Part shown: positions 40,090-51,056 of the stretch, piece after piece | How the letters are laid out: each line of letters opens with the position of its first letter | Numbering within the stretch: the stretch's first letter is position 1 | Assembly (NCBI GenBank): GCA_028023455.1 | Contig: JAQFVV010000010.1 | Coordinates: 14,756,001 to 14,820,000 of the forward strand | DNA length: 64,000 nucleotides | Origin: Epiperipatus broadwayi | Taxonomy: Eukaryota > Animalia > Onychophora | Direction: 5' to 3' | Made by a program: the position numbers and the translations under genes | Notes under the pieces: generated by a model | Database searches by the model: none | Told to the model about the DNA's origin: nothing | Seen by the model: the letters and a program-made list of their open reading frames with translations, nothing else

Positions 40090-40197
40090 TTTTTTTTTAA
40101 GTGTCATAGCATCGGCCGGGACGCGAACCCGCAACCTGGCAACTGCCTCGCAAGTGCAAGGCAGTCGCGCTGACCTCTCGACCACCAATGCAAGACG
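40090..40197 (-). mobile_element. tRNA-Gly-derived short SINE, copy h (young subfamily)
   Basis: Nearly identical to 7799-7908; poly(A); TSD ATATTTTTTGCCTTT at 40075-40089 and 40198-40212. Confidence 0.92.
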
Positions 40198-41392
40198 ATA
40201 TTTTTTGCCTTTGTAAACAAAATTTCTCATAAAGGAAGTAAAAGTTGGGAGTGTATCTACTTCTTTAAATAAAATATCTTTGTACATTTATTTGCAAAAA
40301 GTTTGCAATCTTTAGAATTTATATCATTATATATATATTACATCATATTATTTCAAGTATACACTTGATTTTTTTCATCTTATATGTTATAGTTTACTTA
40401 GTGTTATGATTGAAATGAAAGATTTTCAACTTAATGAATTTTAAATTCTGGACTACAAATTCATTTTTGACTATCATGCTATGTTTATTTTAATGTGCAT
40501 ATGGTTATTTTTTAATTAGTAATATTGTAATAAATTAGTAATATTGTAATAAAGCCAATATTTTTATTTTCCAAAATTTAAAAATATTTTTTTGTTCATT
40601 ATTTTATAAATTTTGCATTCTTTCTACTTACTCTGAATCAGACATGATAGACAATGTAAATTTGTATATTTTTTATAATGTAAATCTATGTAGATAGTGG
40701 TCATTGATTTCTTATTAAAGATGGCTGTGTAAATGGCATTGTGTGTTAGATATATATACATTTAATTCCCACAACAAAGTTTAATATTATAACTAATTAA
40801 AATCACAAATACTAAATTTATTAAAATTGATATCACATTAAAATAATCAAGTATAAACTCTCCATGATTATTTCATGACTTATAACATCAATCTTCATTT
40901 CCCAAAGAACATAATGCTTAAATATCCAATGCAATGTGTAAATCCAAACAATTTAAATATTTAATCCAAGACCAAACAGATTTTAAAGTGCCAAATAATC
41001 ATGAATCTAGGCAAATGTTGTTACATATTACAATTATACAGTAAATATTTTTGTGACAGAGGTGAAATCAATTACAAATTATTAGATAGTATTTTAAATA
41101 TTTAATCTAAACTAAAAGTATTCAAACAGGAAATAATATTTAAATTAATCTAATTTTATTATGGAAATTAATTTGAGTATTAATGAATCAATTATTATTA
41201 AATAATTAATATTTAAGTCACAATAATAATTTGTAGACAATTTCAACTGTATCTTAATATTTCCCATATAAACATTTCAAAACAAAGCAAAACTCTCCAT
41301 ATAGTAGTTGCCATCTTGTGCTAACAAGAGCAATCAATGGATGCCAGAAGGCTTGTGCATAAAATCTCTATCTAGTACCTACTAATCCAATA

Positions 41393-41434
41393 TCCCCAGA
41401 CTAGTTTCTGGCTTGTGGCCTTCATCAGTGAGGA
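41393..41434 (-). ncRNA. Type I hammerhead ribozyme (family B)
   Basis: Exact reverse complement of 41635-41676. Confidence 0.85.
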
Positions 41435-41634
41435 GCCTTGGATCTGAGAGCACTGCACCTAGATCTTAGGATCTAATGCAACCCTCCAGCACCCACCTTT
41501 TAACTCTATTTAACTACACAACTATGAGAATGAAATTGAAAACACAATTAATATTTTCAATCCAAGCTCAATAGCTTATATAGTCATATGAATCAATTAT
41601 TATTAAATAATTAATATTTAAGTCACAATAAAGC

Positions 41635-41676
41635 TCCTCACTGATGAAGGCCACAAGCCAGAAACTAGTCTGGGGA
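41635..41676 (+). ncRNA. Type I hammerhead ribozyme (family B)
   Basis: TCCTCA CTGATGA A GGC CACAA GCC A GAAA CTAG TC^TGGGGA: 6-bp stem I, intact core, palindromic ACTAGT helix III, GUC cleavage triplet (cut after 41670). Confidence 0.88.
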
Positions 41677-43281
41677 TATTGGATGAGTAGTCACTAGATA
41701 GGGATTTTATGCACAAGCCTTCTGGCATCCATTGATTGCTCTTGTTAGCACAAGATGGCACTACTATATGGAAAGTTTTGCTTTGTTTTGAATTGTTTAA
41801 TAACAATTATGTGCTAGTATGAGATAGTGATCATGTGATGTTTAGTGATTTCCCATATAGTTATAATGGGCAATATTATTAGAGTGGGTTCATGATTATT
41901 TCTCACTTTGAAATCTGAGCAATCATGGATTAATTATTTAAAGTGACTGGGTTATATACTACATTTGGATTCAAACAGTATGTTCACAGCAGCTAGCTGA
42001 AAATTGTTATTGTTAAGCTATGAAATTATTACACTGCTGAGCTTTATTATTTTAATTGAAATCAAGTTTGGCAAGTTTAGTATTGGTGAATTTTCTTAAA
42101 CTTTAATATAGTAATTAATTTATTATTTCTACTTTAGTTTTGAGCATTTTTTGTTTATATTTATATAAAGGCATATTTTTTTGCCATTATCTCTCTTCTA
42201 CATTGAAATAATACTTATTATGATTTTCACCATTTTTAATACATTTGCAAAAAAATAGAAACATATTATAAAACGATTGAGGAAAAAAAAAAGTACGCAC
42301 ATATGACTATTGTAGGTGTATCTATATATACATAATGTAATGTGGGCAGTTCTTTGTTATCGACTGCATAATCTTATAGTTCTTATTACAATATTTTATT
42401 GAAATAAAAAAAATATTAACTTTTGAAATTATATGTTTCATGGGAAAATGTATAATTGAAAATGAAAGTTATTTTCTTGACTTGATTTACTAGTGATTAT
42501 TACTAAACTTTGTATTAGTCATCATTAGTTTTATGTTTTTATTATCTCCTTATTTTGTTGTACTTTAAAGTCCTCAGTCACTTGGATTAATATTTGGTTC
42601 AGTCATCTTGTTCCAATAGGCTACCTGTCATTTCAGTACACTAATTATAATTGTAGAAATTTGTATTTGTGCAATCATGATATAGTAGATAATTTTAGAG
42701 TATAATAATAGATCAGATTGTTTCTGTTCAAACATATAATATACAACTCATTTTCATTTATAAACAGTTTAGATGATAATTCTGAAATCTTTATTATTTT
42801 CTTCTAACTATAATAATAAATAATTAAGAGAGATGTCAAAAAATCCTTCTGCAATTCTAGATTATTTATTATCTTACAACAATTTATTGCAGTTTTTTTT
42901 CAGATAATTGTTTATGTCAACTTAATATAAATTAAGTATAAAATTTATTCATCCATGTGTAACAGTAATAGAAGAAATCTCTAAATAATAATAGTGAAAA
43001 TTTTATTTTTTCACATGTCCTTCTATTTGAAAGCTAGAAGAAAGAAGTGTTTTCATCAGTGGTTTCTACTTTGAATGTGAGATTATTTTAAGTTTATGAA
43101 ATCTATATATTTTCTTCAACTCATTTTTTAATTTTATAACTGATTATCAAATGCCTTGCTGATCAATATATATGATATAGATTCAATATTGAAATGATCA
43201 GTACATTATATTTTATGATGAATTAATAAAATAATGACAAAGCATACGATTAATTAAGTGGGTTTTTTTTTTATTTCTTGA

Positions 43282-43347
43282 AAGTCTTTCTGGGCATGAA
43301 CCTATATCCTTTGCTTTTTAAATAAGGATGAAAACCATTATGCCACA
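43282..43347 (-). repeat. Degenerate tRNA-like sequence
   Basis: TGGCATAATGG (A-box-like) ... GGTTCATGCCC (B-box-like) at tRNA spacing. Confidence 0.35.
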
Positions 43348-43870
43348 AGTATAGGCGCATTAAAATTGATGTTCAGAAAGATTTAATATACTTTTTTTCC
43401 TAAATCAATTTTTATATACAGAATACTTTTTTTTTTTTTTCTAAATTCTTGCTTAATTATTCTTTCATTTTAAATATATATTTATATATTTCATTATCAA
43501 ACAGTTTTCCAGAAGCAATTTATTATATAACTAAATACATACATGTATGTTCTATTATTTATGAGAAAAAAAACCAAACTAAAATTATAAAAATTATTCA
43601 TATTATAACCAAAATAATTTTTCATTAGCCAAAAAAGAATCTGTAATTAATTTATTTTTAGAGTAAATATGAAATTCATTTAAACTTTAAAATACTCCAG
43701 TAATTGATTTAAATTGTAATGCCAAGAATAACTGCTGTACATAATGAATTAAAAAAAGGAAAAAGAAAAGATATGTATATATTTAGTGACATCTGGTGAG
43801 ATTTTATTTGTTTTTAAATTAAAACTTTTGCTATTTTTGTATTATTTACTTATATACTAAATAATCTTTT

Positions 43871-44510
43871 CAGCTATTCAATCTATCTTATACAACTGAT
43901 ACACATGATCACACACATGTGAAAAAGATAAATGATCTCCAATATGTGTATTTCATGCTGAACTAGCACTCATCAGTTGGTCCAGATCATCATTTCCCAC
44001 ACGTATATGTAGTCAGTGCTTGGTTTATATTAGGATAGCAAATCTTCAAACTTTAATGGACCGGGTTCAATCTACTCCACCCTTCAATTCTTTAGCCATC
44101 TATACCATTGAAAATCTAATGATATCCTGCCCATTTAAATGGACAAGGTCCTATACACGAAGGATCATAGTGACTTAAGGTCAACATGGGCATGACAATA
44201 ATATTGGCATCATCAAGGGATTTGCATGTTCAATCATTAGATATTCAATGGTATGGATGGCTGAAGAGTTGGAGGGTGGAATAGATTGAAGCCTGTCCAC
44301 TAAAATTTGAAGATTGGTTATTTTAATATAAACTGAGCACTGATTATATATGTGTATTGGAGATGATGATCTGGACCAACTATATGTGATCATGTGTATC
44401 AATTACATGAGATAGATTGGATAGCGGGAAAATGCTTGAAAGTCTGGGTTCAAATCCTTTATAATTATATCTAAACTCCAGGGATATAAAGTATACCTGT
44501 ATTTAAATAT
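43871..44510. mobile_element. HHR family C, inverted insertion
   Basis: Reverse arm ~43871-44125 with HHR; forward arm ~44125-44510 with full 3' end but ribozyme deleted; TSD TAAATAATCTTTT at 43858-43870 and 44511-44523. Confidence 0.88.
43938..43981 (-). ncRNA. Type I hammerhead motif (family C)
   Basis: CCAA CTGATGA GTGCT AGTTC AGCAT GAAA TACACA TA^TTGG. Confidence 0.75.
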
Positions 44511-47253
44511 TAAATAATCTTTTTTTTTTAAGCAAATTCCTCTGATAAAACTTTTTAACAGGGGGTTATGTCGTTATGTTGTTTTATCTCTCTCTTTCAG
44601 GCATCATGATTATTAATTTCTGTTGCAACTTTTTACAAATGCTTTTTCAAGACTACTTGTATAATTTTAGAACAGACATTTCTGCTTTGATGATATTAAT
44701 CTTGTTTAGTTGAATTATATCCAAGCTTGTTTGGTTTTGGGTGATTATTTATATCTATTCAAATAATTATCAAGGCCTCAGGCACCACCAGATTTTCACA
44801 GATACTTTTTGCATCTTATTGCCTTCTTAATCTTTCTGGGCATCAAGCAGGATCTTTTGAATTTTAAATAATTATGCAACACAACTAAATTATAAGTTTA
44901 ATTGTATTAAATGAACTTTATTGTTGAAAGTCCTTATAGGAAAATGCAGGAGTTTGAAATATAATCCTGTTTTTGATTGGTTTTTTCTTTTTTGGAAAAG
45001 TGTTTATGTCTGCATATATATTAGTATTGTTGGCTTTGGATTGTGTTTTCAAAAAATCTAATTAATTGTACACTATGATGTATATGATTGGACATTCAAA
45101 AAAGTTAATAATGGAATGTTTTTAGGTTAGAATTATTTACATTTATTTTTATAAATATATTGGGGTTTTTTTTTTTAAATGTTAATAAAAAGAGAAGAGA
45201 AGAAATCAAGTTTGGGCACACAACCATGAAAATAATTGGAATGTTTGAAGTAAAATTTTGTAATAAAAAACAAATAAAAATTTAAAAAAATAATAAGAAA
45301 AAGTTTTTAGTCATTAAAAAAAAAATTTGTATTATAGTATTTAAATAAATAAATATATATGTAGGCTTAAAATGTTTGACTATCAGTAATGATAATAAGG
45401 TAATTTGCAAATTTTTGAGGTTTTTTAGATCCTAACAAAAATGGAGAGATCACTTCCACAATTCTATTCATATTCAGCAAAATAATAATAAAATCTTATT
45501 TTTTAAAATTAATTAATTAATGCTATTGGAGACATTTATTTAATTAATTGTAACTTAATGTTATCATTAACAGCACTTAAATAATGATAAATATAATCAG
45601 TTGAGTAGTTATAATTACTATTAAGAGCACACTAAACTATTTGTTAATTCATCCCATAACTAAAAAAAGTCAATCAAGTATTCTGCAGAATCTATATGTT
45701 TCAAGTATAATTTTTTTTCATTACTTGTGTTGAAATATAGTCATTACTTTGTTCAATAGAATGTTTTGTTATTATATTAATATTGCTATGTATATTAACT
45801 CGTTTTCTAAGCTTGAATGTGCAACATAACTGTTGTAAAGATTTTTTTAGTATGTTTTGTAACTTGTGAAGTTTATACATTGCATTTATAAAATAATTGG
45901 AAAAATAATATCTAATTTAAAATAAGATACTTGCAATTCATCAATGACTTTTATGAAAATTTTTTAGTTACTGATTTGATGTAAAAAAAAAAAGTAAATT
46001 TATTCCACTTTTATTTTTGTATGTTTAAATATAGACATCTAATGAGGACTTATATAAACAATGACTGGCAAATATATTGTTTAAATAGAAAAATAAAATA
46101 ATTATAAATATTTAAAAAAATTTAAGATATTAAAATAATATATATATAGTTTGATGAAAATGTACATATATATGTATTATCGTAGTTCTATATGTATATC
46201 TTATATTTAATACAATAGATGGATTGATAAATTAACAAGCCAGATAACTAGTTAATTAAATAGATTGAATAAAATAGGATAGAATAAGTTTTAACATTTG
46301 GTAAACTATTTATAAGACAAGTTGGGATCTTAATGAAATGGATGATCAACAGATTTGAGGCAATATTAATTAATAATTAATATGATCTTAATTAGTTGTC
46401 AAGGCAAATATTCTAATAATAGATTTTTTTAAACAAAACTCTAGATTTCTAGATATAACAAATTAATATTACATTTAAAATACCATTTATTATTTAGCAG
46501 TAAATTAAATATTACAGTATTGATAAACCATTTAAATACATTTAAAAAAAAAAAAAATTCTCAAAAGCTAATATATTTTAAAAAATAAAGTTTTAATATT
46601 ATAGTTCAAATATTTTAAACAATTAACTTTAATTTAATCAATTTCTTTTAAACTTCTCTCTCAATCAAAATAATTATTATACACACATGCACACACTTGT
46701 AAGATTTAGATTGTTAATTACAAATGTTTAAATAAACTATAATTCATTAATTGTATTATAAAATATTATTGAATTATTATCAAATTATTTAAAATGTTTG
46801 TTTTAAATGTAACCTTACTTTATTTTTTAAAACTACATCTAATATATAATTGTATTTTAAACTATATATTAATAGGAATGTTAAATTTATGGATTTAAAA
46901 CATGAAATTACAACATTAATTAACCTGATATTTTAAAATTAATTAAGCTTTTTATTTAGAAAATTTAGCTTATTAAATCATTTACCATGTCTGATATATA
47001 AATTGATTTATTGGAAGCAAAAAAATTTGTAAAATTTTTTAAATTAAATACATCCACATTATATACATACAAAGTACTCTATGCAAACCTCCAGGTTGCA
47101 ATATATATATATTAACTATTGGTGTCAAGTCCATTTAAATACAATATAGTTGAATATTTTTATTTACTGGGACATTACTAAAAACTTTAAAAAAAATAGG
47201 GCTAAAAATATTTTATAGTAAATGCTTTTATTTGTTGTACACTACCCCCCAAT

Positions 47254-47382
47254 AACTGTTTCTTCAACCACAATTGGGAGTTTTTAGATTGAACTGAAAT
47301 AAAAGGGTGGGGGGTAGGGGTTCCAGAAATTAATTAACTCTAGCTCTATGTTGAAGTTCAATCTGTGGTTGAAGAAACAATT
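47254..47382. mobile_element. Probable small MITE (hAT-like TIR)
   Basis: AACTGTTTCTTCAACCACA (47254-47272) and TGTGGTTGAAGAAACAATT (47364-47382) are inverted; inner AGATTGAACT/AGTTCAATCT pair. Confidence 0.45.
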
Positions 47383-50300
47383 TTTTTTTTTTTTTGGTTT
47401 TTAATGCACAACAAATAAAAGTATTTAGTATAAAATATTTTTTATCTCTGTTATATTATGAGCTTGGATTTTTCAGTTTTTGAAACTGTAATACTGTTAA
47501 AATAATTTTGCAGAAAAGTGAAGAAATAATTTTAATAGTCTATTGCAAAGTGAAATTTTTTTTCAAGGGTTGACTAATACTGGAATAGACTATTCAAATG
47601 CCACTAGAATTTTTTTTATGAGTTTTTCTCCAGTTAAAAATAGCTAATACCCATTCATTGGCCTCACCTTATATTTGAATCCCTTATTGTGGAAACCATT
47701 AACAAATACAATTACATTCAGATTTTTCAAAATTGAAGAAAAGAATATTTTTTATATATCACTGTCAAACTTCTCATTAAAATGCTGATAAATGTTTTGC
47801 TTATAGTATAACATGTTAATAGTTTATCACAAATAAAAATTTCACTGTAAACTTTTTTTTTTCACTCTCTCTTTTTTGCTTTTTTGTATTAATAAATTAG
47901 ATTCAAAAATTGTTATTGAATTTATTTTAGAAATTTTTAAAATTTTTATTTAATAAAAATATTGTTGATATAATAGTAATGGTAAACCTATTTCATTTAC
48001 TATCAAGTTAAAATACCTAATGTTTTAAAATTAAATTAAATATGTTAAATGATATTAGATGCAGTTTTTATATCACATATATTATAAATATACTTATATT
48101 TGATTTTATTACTCTTTCTAAAAAGTTTTAATATGAAACTTATATATATTTTTTAGTTTCAAGCATGCTTATATATTTGTGTGTGTGTTTTAGAATTCTA
48201 GCTTGTATAGTTCAAGTCATTCATTACTAGTTGGTTAATGGATTTCTAACCACTTAGTTAGAGATGATTATTTCAAGTTAAAGTGAATTTTCTGCATGAA
48301 TCTTCATCATTTATGGTTAAGATAACATCCTTCTAATGTTGATTGAATCATTATTGCATTACATTTGAAAATATATTTAATTTTTCTCTTTTTTACCAAA
48401 ATAATTATTTTTAAATATCATTCTTGAAGAATAAGTATTAGTAAAAACGTTTTTTGTTTTATTATTATTATTATTATTTTTCAAAATTTTTTTAATGGTT
48501 TAAAATAAAATAATAAGATATGATAATTTGAATCTACAATATATTGCTTCATATATTAAAGGGTAGTGGTTTAATATTTCAATTCAACACAACAATTAAA
48601 TGTCTTGGTAGCAAAGTATTATAATAATAACAATATATGAATTATGACTTTCATGATGCAGTGATAACAAATATATTTTTATGTATAGAATGAGTGACTG
48701 TGGTTGTCCTAACATTTCATTGACAACTGGGCTTCTTCATAGCAGACAAAAATGCTTTGCTCATTTTTTTTCCCCATAATTAAAAAAAGATAGTAAAATG
48801 TAGATTATGAATGAGATTGTTAAAAATAATAATAATAATGTGATTATTCTTGAAAGGCTGTCTTCATTTTTAATCAGTTATAAAGTTGTTCAAACATTTT
48901 TATAGTATTTCTGTGCAAATATACGTAATAGCTTGTTGTAGATACAAAGATGCAACTTTAAATAGAATTTTGTGAAAGGTTGTAGGAATACTCATTCAAC
49001 TACAGATGATTTTGTTTTGCGGATTTTTCAGGCCATTAATGCAATCCTGCTTCACATAAATATGAATTCTACTTTTAGTAATGCATACTAAGAGCAACTG
49101 CCAAAATACTTGATAAATACTCAGAGAAGTAAGTGGTCTTCTGTCTGAAGCAAAATCTTTTATTTTTCATTAATCATATTTTTTTATATGAGTAGTTATT
49201 TTCTGGATGTTAAGATCTTATATCCTGTTTTCTGCATAGCTATATTCAGAGATAATACTTGATTATGAATTTTAATAAGCTCTCACATTTCTGACTACTT
49301 TAGTGTGCAAATTTATATATATATAAAATTCAAAGTACAGAAAGTGGATGACCTATTTCCTTAATTTATTCAATATAAAGTGTTTAAGCTTTTTAAATAA
49401 TTTATCAGTTTATTTAATAGAATTGTTAAAAAAGTATGCAACAAAAAATTTTAATGCAAAAAGATATTGCTTTCTATCATTGCTGCATTTGACTTATATG
49501 TAAATGTTTCATTGTAACTGAGACATCACATCAAATAAGAAAGCTAAGAAAATAGCGTGTGTTGCATATGTATGCCCATGTGGTGTTATAGATAAGTTTG
49601 TATAGTCATCATAAGATTCATCTATAATGTTTTTGGTGTTTTTATTTATTTAGGATAGCATACTTATGAGTTTTTGTTAGGAATGAAAGATGGTTATCAT
49701 TACAGAAAAATTAAATATATTTAAAGACTGACAAAAAAAAAGACTTTTTTTTAAAAAAAAAAGACTTTAAATAATAACATATATTTGTGTGCTTATTTAA
49801 AATATTTATATACATTGAAAAGGTATTAATGCATGAAATAACAAATTTAAAAAAAAAATTGAGCTTACTTTAGGTACTTGCATATGGAATCGAGTATTTC
49901 TTACCCATTGAAGATATTCAGTGCTTTTGATTTTGCAATTGTACATCTCTAACCTAGTATTCATCAATTTTAACCTACGATTTCATGATAAAAGTTCTTC
50001 CTAAAATGACATTATTTTCAAACATACATATATATGAGAAATCTATTTCTAAGCTTGTCAATATTTATATTGAAGATTTTAAAATATGGGTCATCATAAA
50101 AAATTTTGTATTATGTAAATAGTCAAATTGATTTTTTTTTTTTAATTTCTAATAGATATTGCATGACAGTTTAAGTATGTTTTTAGTAATAGTTAAGTTT
50201 AAAATAGAGAGGAAAGGAAACAGTTGTAATCTAACATGAAGTTAGTCAGACAAAATAAATAACTAGACAGTTATTTCTGATAAATTCAAATTATGAAATT

Positions 50301-50581
50301 TGTTATAAGTATAGCACTCACATATTATTTACAGGAGTGTATGTGCAATTGAAATAGTAATCTATATATATGTTGATGGATATTATGAATAATATTAAAA
50401 TCATTTATTTCAGTTTTAAACAAATTAAAAATATTGACTAGGGATGGAAAAAAGTCTTTATTGAAGAATTACCATATTCAATTAAAAATAGAACATTTTC
50501 TTATTTATGAAATATGAAAATCATTCTGCAACTTTCATTCTTAGATCAAAAAATTGCTAATAATTTTGTTGTAGTAAGTTA

Positions 50582-51056
50582 TTAAACAGTTTAGACAAAA
50601 CTCTTCATACAGTAGTGCCACCATGTGCAAACCAGAGTAATCAATGGATACCAGAAGGCTTGTGCATAAATTCCCCATCTAGTGCCTACTCATCCAATAT
50701 CCCCAGATTAGTTTCTGGCTTGTGCCCTTCATCAATGAGGAGCCTTGGATCTGAGAGCACTGCACCTAGATCTTAGGATCTAATGCAACCCTCCAGCAGC
50801 CACCTTTTATCTCTACTTAACTACAAAACTATGAGAATGAAATTGAAAACGCAATAATATTTTCAATCTAAGCTCAATAGCTTATATAGTCATATGGGTC
50901 TCAACTCAGTTCAGCACCCATACATTTTGGTGTCTTTGTCTCTTTAACAACCATAGCCACCACTATCCTATTAGGCAGGATTGTGTTAAACCACTAAATA
51001 ATAATAACTGTTATGTTCTAGCATAAGAGATGGTTATCATGTGATGTTTAGTAGTA
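50582..51056. mobile_element. HHR family B insertion B5
   Basis: ~370-nt reverse arm plus essentially only the ~45-nt tail in forward orientation; TSD GTAGTAAGTTA at 50571-50581 and 51057-51067. Confidence 0.88.
50700..50741 (-). ncRNA. Degenerate hammerhead motif (family B)
   Basis: TCCTCA TTGATGA AGGGCACAAGCCA GAAA CTAA TC TGGGGA: C3 and the helix III palindrome are mutated. Confidence 0.6.

Larger units (their letters stand above)
41271..41847. mobile_element. HHR family B insertion B4 (two complete ribozymes, inverted)
   Basis: Reverse arm ~41279-41590 and forward arm 41632-41843; TSD ATTTCCCATATA at 41259-41270 and 41848-41859. Confidence 0.9.
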
